Part shown: positions 52,404-64,000 of the stretch, piece after piece
Position numbering within the stretch: position 1 is the first letter of the stretch
How the letters are laid out: the number at the start of each line of letters is the position of its first letter
NCBI GenBank assembly: GCA_002269645.1
Contig: NIVC01002457.1
Span: 1 to 64,000 of the forward strand
Reading direction: 5' to 3'
DNA from: Macrostomum lignano
Taxonomy: Eukaryota
Length of the DNA: 64,000 nt
The notes under the pieces: model-generated
Seen by the model: only the letters and a program-made list of their open reading frames with translations
The model's database searches: none
What the model was told of the DNA's origin: nothing
Made by a program: the position numbers and the translations under genes

Positions 52404-52536
52404 CTATCTATAGCCAGGACCTGCACCGGAGCGGTTACGAAAATTAGATTTCTCGGTAGTTGCACGTACTCTTTTGCACTACTTGAGTAGTCTGATTTTC
52501 GTTCGGCATGGCTAGTTCCAGCAGGTAGTTCCTCTG

Positions 52537-53532
52537 TGTAGTGATCCGCTAGTTGATGTTAGGCGTCCCACTTTGTCAGCAGTCTCCCTCGCCCTCGCCC
52601 TGGGTTGCTGTCTGCCGCTGGTCAGCTTCCCACCCCCCTTGGCCCGTCTGTTGCTGCCCTTGGCCTGTTCTGCCCTTCTGCGTCTCTGTTCTCAGCCCTC
52701 AGCTTCTCTGCTGTGGGCTGTCTCTGTTTCGTTCCCGTCCCGTTTTCCTCTGTCATGTGAGCAAGTCACATGACAGACTCTGCGTTCTTCGAGTCCTAAA
52801 GTGCAGTAAACATGTTTACTGCACTCGTTGGCCCTGTTTACCGGGAGAATCACGTGCTTTCGGAACCCTCCCTTCTCTAAGGAGAGGAGTGACTCATGTT
52901 GCTAAAAATAGCAACTGAGTCACAGCCGCGTGTACTCTGGCCGGAGACCTCAAGTGACGTCAGTTCTAAAAATAGAACGAGTCACGAGGTCTTGCGCGCA
53001 CTGAGACCCTGCCTCGAGATCTCAAGTGACGTCAGTTCTAAAAATAGAACAAGTCACGAGGTCTTGTGCGTGGGTGTTTCCCGGCTATAAATAGGACCCC
53101 TCTCCCCTTGTTTCCGTCAAGGATTTTGGCTTCTTATCTGCGGAGAATTCACTAAGAACCCGTGTGCGTCAGTGTCTAACTAAGTGCCCTTTGCGTACTG
53201 AATCCGTTTGTACTGGTCTGACTGAGACCCCACTAAAGCCCAAGCCTAAGGGAGGCTAACACTGCCTTCCTAGCCACCCCTGAGCCCGGCGGGGATCTGC
53301 TGATCAGGACGCCTTGTTCATTAATCTGCAAATCTGCACACTGTGCTGAGTTCGTTGACTTGTTTATTTCGTTCCGACGGGAAGCTCACCTCATCGAAGG
53401 CCGAGACCTGAAGGAACTGGTGGCAGCACTACCTACGCTACTGAGAGAGTTGAGAGAACTTCCCACTGAAGAGGCTCAAGATTAAGGTAATCCGCAAGGG
53501 CCTAAACCGGGAAGAAAACCCCAAGTATTTCA
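52537..53532 (+). repeat. 5' LTR (996 bp)
   Basis: tgtagtgatcc...agtatttca; TATA (tataaata) at 53086. Confidence 0.95.
52890..53093 (+). promoter_or_regulatory. LTR U3 enhancer/promoter: 2 AP-1, 2 CRE, TATA
   Basis: TGACTCA 52890, TGAGTCA 52916, TGACGTCA 52955 and 53027 (72-bp spaced duplication), TATAAATA 53086. Confidence 0.6.
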
Positions 53533-53533
53533 C

Positions 53534-53553
53534 TGGTGACGCAGCGGTGGGAT
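53534..53553 (+). other. Primer-binding site, tRNA-Leu-like with 2-nt insertion
   Basis: tggtg-ac-gcagcggtgggat versus TGGTGGCAGCGGTGGGAT expected from a tRNA-Leu ending ..ATCCCACCGCTGCCA-CCA; starts 1 nt after the LTR. Confidence 0.7.
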
Positions 53554-53624
53554 CCGACTACGACACACCCAAGCCAACCGCTCTTTCGAGAACGACATCG
53601 GCCAGTAACTACTACGAGTTCAAC

Positions 53625-54797
53625 ATGTTCAACGAACGAGACGAGAGCCGGTGCAGCAGCCGGCTGGATCAGCACATCAGCAGTTCGAGGCCTGCGGCAG
53701 CGGACGCCGCAGCAGCAGCAGCGATCAACGACTTTGGTCAGCAGCCGACGCCGAGGCGAGGTGCCAGAAGCGACGTGTCCGACGACCCGCCAGACGAGCT
53801 TCTGCAAGGCCTGGACAACATCGGCCGGAACATCACGCACCAGGACGTGAGGACCATGATGGCAGCTCTGCAGCAGCAGATGGAGCGGCCTGTGAGTAAA
53901 CAAGTTAAGATTGTGAAGTATACTCCAAGTCAGGACATTCATGTCTGGCTTGCCGCGTTCGAGCAGCGTTGCGAGATGGAGCGCATCGTCGACCCGTTCG
54001 AGATGAAGCAACACCTCATCGCGAGTCTCGATTTGGCTACTGCGTATCCAGCCTTGCTTGGTATGAATCTTCCGCGTTTCGCCAGCTACGAGGAGGTCAA
54101 GCAACGTCTGATTGAGCGATTTGCCCGTCATGGTGGTGCTGATGAGTATCGAGAACTGTTGCGACGTCGTCAACAAGGCAAGAATGAGTCAGCAGAAGAG
54201 TTCGCTGACGCCCTGAGAACTCTGGGTGAACGTGCATATCCTCGAATGCATCCTGAAGACCGCGAGAAGGAGATTACTGATCAATTTCTTGCTGGTATCC
54301 GGACGACTCCAGATCTGCGCGAACGGCTGTACTGGGTTCGCCCGAACAATCTTCTTGCTGCGATTCGAGAGCTACGACGACTAGAAGGCGCCAAAGAATT
54401 GGCGCACCGATCTGCTCAACCCCCGGTTAGGATGTTGGACGGGGAGGAGGACGGCGACCCGAAGCCCGACGTCACCGCCCAAGCCTTGCTGACTCTAACC
54501 GACTTGATTGAGAAGCAGCAGCGAATGCTTGATCACCTGGTGCAGCGTGACCAACAGCAGGTAGCCAGTCCGCCAAAGAGAGCGATAATCTGCTATAGCT
54601 GCGGACAGCCCGGTCATCGCAACACCCAGTGCCCGATGCGCCAGAACCAGGGAAACGGCCAGGCGGAGAGCGACAACGGCACCGCCCTCCGCGAGGTCCA
54701 AGCCCAGGCTACTTGGCAGACTCCGAGAGGTCACCAGAAGAAGAGAATGTCGGCTGTGCAGGCGCCAATGCCCAGTCCGACAGTCGCTCGTCAGTAA
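53625..54797 (+). CDS. gag: Gag with capsid-like domain and CCHC knuckle
   Basis: ORF 53547..54797 (first ATG 53625): WLAAFEQRCE, RRRQQGKNESAEEFADALRTLGERAYP, CYSCGQPGHRNTQC. Confidence 0.9.
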   Translation: MFNERDESRCSSRLDQHISSSRPAAADAAAAAAINDFGQQPTPRRGARSDVSDDPPDELLQGLDNIGRNITHQDVRTMMAALQQQMERPVSKQVKIVKYTPSQDIHVWLAAFEQRCEMERIVDPFEMKQHLIASLDLATAYPALLGMNLPRFASYEEVKQRLIERFARHGGADEYRELLRRRQQGKNESAEEFADALRTLGERAYPRMHPEDREKEITDQFLAGIRTTPDLRERLYWVRPNNLLAAIRELRRLEGAKELAHRSAQPPVRMLDGEEDGDPKPDVTAQALLTLTDLIEKQQRMLDHLVQRDQQQVASPPKRAIICYSCGQPGHRNTQCPMRQNQGNGQAESDNGTALREVQAQATWQTPRGHQKKRMSAVQAPMPSPTVARQ

Positions 54798-57700
54798 GTG
54801 ACGCGGAGTGCGGAGGTTTCGTGGACACCTCCCCGAATCAAAAAATCCATGCGCGTGAGGCCGATCCGTACGTCACAGGTCGAGTTGCGAGTCGAGAGTC
54901 CCTTTCTTGCTAGACAGCGGCAGCCGGAAAAACTTCCTTGGTTCGTCAACCTGGGCCGCTATTAGACGCCGGATGCCTCGTTGTATTATATCGCATGCTA
55001 ATCCCGATTGCGTAACTATGTATGACGGGACGCAGCTCCCGCTTGCTTGTAAGGTGACCATCCCGGTGGAGTTCGGTGATGTCGTCGCGGACACCGAATT
55101 CCTCGTTACGGTCTCCGATTGTGAAAATTTACTTGGCGTATCATTTATGCGAGAGCACTGCCAGAACTTGGACTTCGCTCAAGGAATGTTGAAGTTTAAC
55201 AATGGCGCGTGCATCCCCGTTCGCTATTCGCGTCGTGAGCTTCAGAACTGCCGAGTGTACACCTCCGAGAAGTGCACCCTGCCGCCTAGAAGTTCAGCGC
55301 TGCTTGCCGTCAGACTGGATGACGGCCACCCTGAGAATCGAGGATCGCCATCAATTGTCGAGCTGGTTAAGTCGAGGCTGCATCCCAGCTGCAACGCTCT
55401 GGAAGCAGCGCCTGCTCTGATGACGATGCCTGAAGGTCGCGGCTACATTGAGGTCGTCAACACCGCTGACAGCGAAGTGTTTCTGCAAGCCGGTATCCGT
55501 GTTGGTGTCGCGACGCCACTCCGAACTGCCGACCTGATGTACTTGAGCGAGACGCCAGAACCTGAAGTGCGACATCTCCCGAAGAACTCTGAAGAGTCCA
55601 GCACAGCATGGCTAGATGAAGTCGAGATCAACAGCGAATTGTCCAAAGAACAACATCAAAGAGTGCGAGATCTACTAGTCGAATGTCAAGCGGCCTTCTC
55701 CAAGCACCGCTAGACGCCGGCCTGACTCACCTGGTGACCCACGAGATCATCTTGAAGGACCGGACACCAGTTGCGCTACCACCGCGCCGAATCCCGCCTC
55801 ATCTGAAGGACAAGCTCGACGCCCTGCTAGACGAGATGCTGGCGAAGCACATCATTCGCCCTGCCTACTCGAGCTACAATTCGCCAATGCTCATCGTGCC
55901 CAAGAAGGACGGCAACATCCGACTAGTCCACGACTTCAGAGCTCTCAACGACAGGTGTGTGTATCACCCGTATCCGCTGCCGCACATCCAGGAAACCTTC
56001 GCGAAGCTTCGTGGTGCTCAGTGGTATTCCAGCCTGGACCTTGCTCAAGGATTCTGGCAGATCCCGCTGCGGACTGCGACCAGCACCTGACGGCGTTCTC
56101 AGTAATCGACCGCGGCCAATTCTGTTTTAACGTTCTACCGATGGGTCTCCACGATAGTCCCGGCAGCTTTCAGCGTTGCATCAATAAGCTCCTGGACGGC
56201 CTGACGCCAAAGACTGCGCTTGGCTACATGGACGACATCGTGGTGCACTCAGTGACTTTGAGGAACAGCTGGATAATTGCGAACTGTACTCCAGCGCATC
56301 ATCGCAGCCAACCTCAAAGTGAAACCGAAGAAGTGTCATTTGTTCCTCAAGGAGCTGCATTATTTAGGTCACGTCGTGACTCCCGACGGCCTGAAGACCT
56401 GTGAGGACAAGATTGCGCAGATCCGTGATTGGCCCGTGCCACAGTCCGTTACTCAACTGAGACAATTCCTAGGCCTCGCCAATTACTACCACAAGTTTGT
56501 CGACGGCTACGCTGGAGTGGCTGCGCCGCTGCATGCCCTGACGCGAAAGGACATTGGCAGCCTGCGGCAGCATTGGACTCCCGAGCATCAGTAGCGTTCG
56601 ACACTTTGAAGAAGAAATTGTGTTCTACTGAAGTTCTCGCTCTGCCTGAATTTAATTCTCATCCTGCAGTGAAGTTTGTCCTCGACACGGATGCCTCTGA
56701 TATTCGAATAGGCGCTTGCCTTGGACAACTGCAATCCGACGGCGTCGAACGTCCAATTGCATTCTTTAGCCGTAAACTTCGCGATCCTGAGAAGCGCTAC
56801 ACGGTCACGAAGAAAGAGCTGCTTGCAATTGTGGACGCTATGCGACATTTCCGTCATTATTTAATTGGCAAGAAATTTGAAGTTCGATCCGATCATCGGG
56901 CCTTACTGTGGTTACTGAACCAGACTCAGGCACAGGTATTTTAGGCCGCTGGATCGAACGCCTAAGCGAGTTCCGCTTCCAGCTCAACCACCGCAAAGGC
57001 AAGGACCACGTCAACGCCGACGCCCTGTCAAGAAGACCGGAGACACCACCGATCACCTTCGAGCATGGCCGACTCCTTGAACCACCCGGTTCTGCAGCCC
57101 AACCCGGTGCCGGCGACAGCCCCAAGACTGAGCGCCGACGTTTCCTGGAAACGGACTTGGACGCGACACCCGAGGCCACTGCCAGAGCAGCCCTCCCGAA
57201 GACTGTCCACTCTCGCTCCTTGGAGGCCGAGACTGACCTGGACGAAGACCTGGAAGCCACCGCGCCAGCAGCCTTCCAGCACGACGCCCACCGATGCAGT
57301 CAACGCCTGGAGTTCGGCCTGGACGACAACTCAGAGGCCACTGTGACAACAGCCCTCTGCAACGATGCCCACGCCGACTGCCGCTACTTGGAGACCAACC
57401 TGGACGAAGACCTTGAGGCCACTGTGGACACAGACCTCCTTGACGACGCCAAAGACTACAGGTCTCGGACTCTGGAGACGCCCACGGACCAAGATTCAAA
57501 GGCCACCGCACCAGCAGCCCTTCTGATGACGGCCCGCAACGCAACTCCAGGCAAGCAATTTAACTACAACCCCGCCGAGCCTTTCGCTGAGATTTCTCGC
57601 CGTGTTGACAGAGGCCAGAATCTCGCGCCAGCTGCAAGGTCGAAGCTCTGTCCCCCGGGCCGACAGACAGCTGCTCATCGCCTGTGCGGAAAGTCGAGTC

Positions 57701-59939
57701 CCCCCTTGCGACACCGCCCAGTGCAGGAGAAGACTCACCCAATTTTGACTACGATTGAGCCGACGGCTACGCTGCCAGCGACGAGGCGTGCTTCACGTGT
57801 TGCGTCCCGCCCTACAGCCAAGAGTCGCCTGGGCTAGGCAGTGGAGGCATGCGCGCTGCTCCATCTGCGGATTTTTCTGTCATGAGAGCGATGAAGAGAA
57901 CTTCGATTCTAGATCAACGGACGTACGCCGACGTTGTGAGACAAAGTCCCTCGGAGCGACCTAATCCTGACGCCGACAAGACGGTGCCGTGTGATCGACC
58001 TGGAGCCATTAAAGCGGAGACTGCGGGAGTCATGACCCCTCAGCCATGCCGCGCTGTGCTCACTGATTTTCTGAAGCTGCCGATGACTCGCCAACAGTTC
58101 GTTGACGCCCAACGCGCTGACCGAGCCATCAGCTACGTGCTCAACCTGGTCGAGAACGAAGCCCCGAAGCCTGAGTTCGACGCCCGGTTGCGACTGACTA
58201 AGGAGCAGCGGAATCTGCTCGGATACTACGAGAACCTGCAGGAGGACAACGGCCTGCTGCTGATTGATCTGACTGATGGCCAGCAGCCGCCAAAGGTTGT
58301 TCTGCCTGAGGCCCTTGACGCCCAGGTGCTCCAGGAGCTCCACAGTTCGCCACTGTGTGGACACCTCGGCGAGACGAAGACGTTACTGCGGCTACGAGAA
58401 CGGTTCTGGAGACCCGGATTAGCCCGTGCTACCAAGACCTTCATCAGTAAGTGCCGCACTTGCCTTGAAAGTAAATCGCGACGGCGAGAGAGAGTTCCGG
58501 TCCAGAGCTTCCCAGTTTGCGAAGTTCTGGGTAGAATCCACTGTGATGTAGTAGGACCAATCGCGCAGAAGAGCAAGAGCGGCAACCGCTACATCCTGAC
58601 TTGTGCGATGCGACGTCGAAGTATCCATTCGCCTACCCGATGAGAAACCAGAAAGCCAAAACAGTCATCAAGCTTCTGCAGGAGCGCTTCATCCCGAGTT
58701 CGGTGTACCATGCTGGATCCACACTGACCAAGGCACCAACTTCACCGGCTCAGCCTTCAAGAAGTTCTGCGACCTGTTTGGCATTCGGCATACGACAACA
58801 ACACCGTACAATCCAGCTTCCAACGGACAAGTCGAGAACCTCAACAAACAGCTGAAGAGTGTCCTCACCTGTCTGCTCGAGCGCAACCACAACGACTGGG
58901 ACACCTTCCTCCCGGCCTGTCTGATGGCTCTCCGCTCCAGCGTGCACCCGGTGACCGGCTTCACGCCTCACTACCTGGTGTTCGGCCGTGATTTCCGACT
59001 CCCGATCGACAACGCGCTGAAGAAGCTGCCCGAGTACGCCGACCTGCCCGACTACGTCAAGGACTTCCAACGTCGCCTGGACGAGGCGACTGAGCTAGCC
59101 AAGGAGCGCCTGCATCTGCACCAGCAACTACGAGACGAGCACTATTCGAACCTGCCCGCCGCCAAGAAGCTTCAACCCGGTGATCTGGTCTTCCTCAACA
59201 ACCCGGTACTCGAACCGGATGAGGCGGCGAAGTTTCATCGACCTCGCAAAGCGCTGTACGAAGTCGTCGAGCCCAAGGGCGAGGTCGTCTACAAGATTCG
59301 ACGGAGACTGCCTAACCCGAGAGCTAGACGAGACGAACTAGTCGTCCATCGCCGGAACCTTCTGCTCGTGCCTGACGCTGACTACACGAGAACTTCGGAC
59401 CCTGAAGTCGACAAACCGAAGAAACGCCGGCGGCCGCCCGACGTCCCCGACGGCGCAGGACCCGCGACCCTGACGCCAATCCCGAGGACGACCAGGACGA
59501 CCCCGACGATGACGATGATGACGGCTACGACGCAAGGCCGGCCTTCCGATGGCACTTCCGGCCTTTGGCGATCCCGGAGGTGCAGCCAGGAGGTGGACCG
59601 GTCACGACACCAGCGAACCAGGCAAGTGCACTTCGGCGTGAGCCAGTGCCGTATGGTGAATGTCATTTGCATGAGCCTGTTCTTGATGCGTCTATGCCTT
59701 CTGTTTCTGTACCGTTCGTTTCTGCTCCCGCCCTTCGTGATGCTTCTTCTGTGGTCCAGACCCCTGGGCCGTCGTTGTGCACCACTCCGGTGGAAGCGAC
59801 TGTAGAATCGGTAGATGCCGGTAGGCCGGCTAGGAACCGTAGGCAGCCTGAGAGGCTGGTTATTAATCCTAGGGCCAAGACTTATGTTAGTCGCACTGCC
59901 CGCAGCTGCGTGCACCGATCAACCCAACGCAGCGATTAA
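54650..59939 (+). CDS. pol: Pol (protease, RT, RNase H, integrase), split by about 10 single-base frameshifts in this sequence
   Basis: LLDSGS; YNSPMLIVPKKDG..RLVHDFRALN; SSLDLAQGFWQI; PMGLHDSPGSFQR; YMDD; LDTDAS..ELLAIV..SDHRAL; HSSPLCGH..CRTC; DVVGP, TDQGTNF, NGQVENLN; C-terminal RPARNRRQPERL. Confidence 0.92.
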
Positions 59940-60462
59940 CTCTGACTCTGTGGACTTGGTGCTGACAGGCACCCTCTGATTTCTCCCTGCTCTACTTTAT
60001 GTGGCGCCTCAATAGCGGGCCAGCGCCCCCGCAATGCGTACTCGTTTATCTTCCCGTGAACTGTTGTTCTGATGCAGTTCTGCATCCCCCTTCTCCCCAG
60101 TGACGGGCTCTACCGGCTTACTATGGTATCCCGTATATTTAGGCGCCCATTTTCCGGGCCGGCGCCCCCGAACCGCTGTCGGACTGATGTCCTGATTCTG
60201 CGTACGCCCGAGGGACTTGCCAGCCCCTCCGATTTTATTATTTTCTAGGGCTCTGCCTTGGCGTGGGCAACCCACTGCATGGTGCTATTCGCGCTTTGCC
60301 ATTTCGGGCCACAATCCTGACCTTGGCCCAGCCGTGTAATAATTGGTATGCCTTGTGACACTGTCATCCTTTTGCCAGGCATTTGTAATAATTTTATTTA
60401 GTAAAATCACTATTTTGTTTATTAAATAAAGCGCGCTTCGCTTTCACTCCGCCTCTTCATTT

Positions 60463-60474
60463 GAACGGGGAGAG
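60463..60474 (+). other. Polypurine tract
   Basis: gaacggggagag immediately before the 3' LTR. Confidence 0.85.
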
Positions 60475-61469
60475 TGTAGTGATCCGCTAGTTGATGTTAG
60501 GCGTCCCACTTTGTCAGCAGTCTCCCTCGCCCTCGCCCTGGGTTGCTGTCTGCCGCTGGTCAGCTTCCCACCCCCTTGGCCCGTCTGTTGCTGCCCTTGG
60601 CCTGTTCTGCCTTTCTGCGTCTCTGTTCTCAGCCCTCAGCTTCTCTGCTGTGGGCTGTCTCTGTTTCGTTCCCGTCCCGTTTTCCTCTGTCATGTGAGCA
60701 AGTCACATGACAGACTCTGCGTTCTTCGAGTCCTAAAGTGCAGTAAACATGTTTACTGCACTCGTTGGCCCTGTTTACCGGGAGAATCACGTGCTTTCGG
60801 AACCCTCCCTTCTCTAAGGAGAGGAGTGACTCATGTTGCTAAAAATAGCAACTGAGTCACAGCCGCGTGTACTCTGGCCGGAGACCTCAAGTGACGTCAG
60901 TTCTAAAAATAGAACGAGTCACGAGGTCTTGCGCGCACTGAGACCCTGCCTCGAGATCTCAAGTGACGTCAGTTCTAAAAATAGAACAAGTCACGAGGTC
61001 TTGTGCGTGGGTGTTTCCCGGCTATAAATAGGACCCCTCTCCCCTTGTTTCCGTCAAGGATTTTGGCTTCTTATCTGCGGAGAATTCACTAAGAACCCGT
61101 GTGCGTCAGTGTCTAACTAAGTGCCCTTTGCGTACTGAATCCGTTTGTACTGGTCTGACTGAGACCCCACTAAAGCCCAAGCCTAAGGGAGGCTAACACT
61201 GCCTTCCTAGCCACCCCTGAGCCCGGCGGGGATCTGCTGATCAGGACGCCTTGTTCATTAATCTGCAAATCTGCACACTGTGCTGAGTTCGTTGACTTGT
61301 TTATTTCGTTCCGACGGGAAGCTCACCTCATCGAAGGCCGAGACCTGAAGGAACTGGTGGCAGCACTACCTACGCTACTGAGAGAGTTGAGAGAACTTCC
61401 CACTGAAGAGGCTCAAGATTAAGGTAATCCACAAGGGCCTAAACCGGGAAGAAAACCCCAAGTATTTCA
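60475..61469 (+). repeat. 3' LTR (995 bp)
   Basis: Near-identical to the 5' LTR. Confidence 0.95.
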
Positions 61470-62153
61470 TCTGGATAAAAGCGCTTACCGCGCCCATTGG
61501 CTTTCCAGCTGCCTTAATCGTTTCCGGTGATCTTGTGTGCGTGCTTTCAGCTTGATTGGCTGCGGCAAGCAAGCTCGAAAGAGCTCGCTTCGCTCGCTCT
61601 TTCTCGCTATCTACTATCTATCTATCTATCTATCTATCGCCTCAGAAAAGTCAGTCTCAGAAAAGGTTGACTTAAATGAGGAGTGTCTGTCACAATTTAT
61701 GACGGTCTTTACGTTTTATACTTTACTTTTGCTTTGCAGTGTAATCACAACGCGAATTACAGAAACAACAACAAAAAATAATTTGAATATACCGTGACTT
61801 CTATCAAAGAAAAAGTAAATTAATAAAACAAATTTTAGAAACTTTCGAGAGTTTTTAGCGCAAATCTAAATTCAGATCCAAATCTTCCGAAGTGAATACA
61901 AGGAACTCTCAGCTGCTTCCATGCTCTGCATCAAAACGAACGCCTTGCCATCTTTGTCTGCGGTAGTAGTGCAAAAAATTAAATTAAGTTCAACGATATA
62001 AGAGAGGATAGAGATGCGGGCACAGGGACTGTAAAAAAGAAGCAGATTAGCTCTTACTTATAGTACAACAAAACAGTCAAACCAGTTGGATTATGTACAT
62101 AAAAACTGCAAAACTGTCAGTTCGATAAGCTCGATTTGGTTCGGTTATTCGAA

Positions 62154-63704
62154 TCAGGCGCTGCTCTCAGATGAAGCCACTGGCGCTGCGGCGGATTCTG
62201 CGGCGGCCGCCGCCGGGGCGGACAAGTGGGCGGATCCCGGGGCGGATGAAGAGGCGGACGCCACGTCCATTGTGTCGGCTCCGTACCACCTATGGGCTTT
62301 GGTGTTCATTCTGGATAAGACGGTCTGGCTGGCTTCGAAAGCGGCAACGATTTCTTCTTTCCATTGCTCGGCCAGGACTCGGTCCTGATTGAGGTGTTCA
62401 AAACTTTTCGTGAGCGCTCGTTTTTTGAAAATTTGCTCCTCTATGATCATTATTCTATAGCCTATGGGTCTTTGTGTACGGGGCCGGTGTGTAAAGGAGT
62501 GACTCTGGGGTTGGGGGGTCGGTGTGTACAGGAGTGACTCTGGGGTTGGGGGGTCGGTGTGTACAGGAGTGACTCTGGGGTTGGGGGGTCGGTGTGTACA
62601 GGAGTGACTCTGGGGTTGGGGGGTCGGTGTGTACAGGAGTGACTCTGGGGTTGGGGGGTCGGTGTGTACAGGAGTGACTCTGGGGTTGGGGGGTCGGTGT
62701 GTACAGGAGTGACTCTGGGGTTGGGGGGTCGGTGTGTACAGGAGTGACTATGGGGTTGGGTGGTCGGTGTGTACAGGAGTGACTATGGGGTTGGGTGGTC
62801 GGTGTGAAAAGGAGTGACTATGGGGTTGGGGGGGGTTCGGTGTGTACAGGAGTGACTCTGGGGTTGGGGGTGTACAAGAGTGACTATGGGTTGGGTGTGT
62901 ACAGGAGTGACTCTGGGTTGGGGGTGTACAGGAGTGACTATGGCATTGGTGGTGTACAGGAGTGATTATGGCATTGAGGTGTACAGGAGTGATTATGGCA
63001 TTGAGGTGTACAGGAGTGATTATGGCATTGAGGTGTACAGGAGTGATTATGGCATTGGGGTGTACAGGAGTGATTATGGCATTGGGGTGTACAGGAGTGA
63101 CTATGGGTTGGGGGTGTACAGTAGTGACTACATGAGTTAGGGGTTGGGGGTTCGGTGTGTACGGGAGTGACTGCAGTGGTGAGTAACGTACAGCCACCTC
63201 GCCTCCCTGTCGATAAACCAAGCAGCCAGAGCCCCCGTACCGTGCAAGTCAGGTAGACCCGCTGATCCGTCTTCAAGCTGATGAGGATGCAATTCTCGTG
63301 CTTGCCAAACTTTTGAAATTCTCTGCTGACTTCGCGAATGTCAAACATGGCCAGCAGTTCAACGGCCGGCTTGCGCTGCAGGCCGGGCTTGCAGTGCATC
63401 TCCAGGCGGTTGGGGAACAGCCTCAGGTAGCGCTTCTGGCTGGCCTGAAAGTGGCCACCAAGGCGGAGTACTTCGCCCTCAACGATACAGTCGGAGCTTG
63501 CCGCGGCGGCGTCGCTAGCCGACGCGCCCGGAGCGACATCCGCCGACGATTCGATTGGCCATTTCGTTCGTCGAGCTTCAATTTTATCCTCCTCGAGGTT
63601 CACCGCCTCGAAGACGGTGTCGGCTACCTCTAGCTGCCAGCGCTCAGAAACGGTCAGGTTAAAGTTGCGGTACAACTGCTGGTCCACGTCTGTGAGCTTG
63701 ATGC
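62154..63704 (-). CDS. GRK2: G protein-coupled receptor kinase 2/3-like, last two coding exons (63704-63241, 62384-62154) including the PH domain
   Basis: GIKLTDVDQQLYRNFNLTVSERWQLEVADTVF..DCIVEG..QKRYLRLFPNRLE..|DRVLAEQWKEEIVAAF matches the beta-ARK C-terminus. The gene extends beyond the window end. Confidence 0.88.
62490..63170. repeat. 35-bp grading to 27-bp minisatellite (gtgtacaggagtgact...)
   Basis: Fills the last GRK intron. Confidence 0.92.
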
Positions 63705-63769
63705 CTGCCGGTGACAGATGGTGACAGGTGTGCGGTCCGGGGGAGTCACAAATACTGGGAGAGTAAGGA

Positions 63770-64000
63770 AAGTGAAAAGAGTGACAGTAGAGTGACTATA
63801 GAGTGAGGGAAGGAACACGAGTGACAGTTGAGTGATTAGAGAGTGAGGGAAGGAACAAGAGTGACAGTTGAGTGATTAGAGAGTGAGGGAAGGAACAAGA
63901 GTGACAGTTGAGTGATTAGAGAGTGAGGGAAGGAACAAGAGTGACAGTTGAGTGATTAGAGAGTGAGGGAAGGAACAAGAGTGACAGTTGAGTGATTAGA
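63770..64000. repeat. 40-bp minisatellite (gagtgagggaaggaacaagagtgacagttgagtgattaga)
   Basis: Tandem copies running to the window end, in a GRK intron. Confidence 0.92.

Larger units (their letters stand above)
52537..61469 (+). mobile_element. Full-length Ty3/Gypsy LTR retrotransposon, recent insertion
   Basis: TG..CA LTRs 52537-53532 and 60475-61469 with only about 3 visible differences; 4-bp TSD TCTG (52533-52536, 61470-61473); PBS, PPT, gag, and PR-RT-RH-IN domain order. Confidence 0.97.

Noticed and set aside
59940-60474. env-like third ORF in the Gypsy element
   Set aside because: Only about 530 bp, with no plus-strand ORF bearing a signal peptide or transmembrane segment.

Overview
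Animal genomic DNA, very rich in mini- and microsatellites, with GT-AG introns. Gene style and repeat load best fit the flatworm Macrostomum (inference only). Hand-spliced genes: a KDM1B/LSD2-like gene (minus, partial) whose FAD-binding motifs look degenerate; GAPDH (minus, 3 exons, one probable assembly indel); MAPK15/ERK7 (minus, about 9 exons) head-to-head with HSBP1 (plus, 2 exons); an intronless WCPPC thioredoxin; an SLC16/MCT transporter (minus); and the 3' end of a GRK2/3-type kinase (minus). A young full-length Ty3/Gypsy element spans 52537-61469 (TCTG target duplication, near-identical LTRs, -1 frameshift signal). Several MITEs with clear TIR/TSD and two tRNA-derived SINE-like families are also present. 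Best leads: a probable LSD2 pseudo-enzyme, MITEs that rebuild or carry splice sites, and a 13-kb CpG-decay domain around the MAPK15/HSBP1 5' ends. All exon boundaries and alignments were made by eye.
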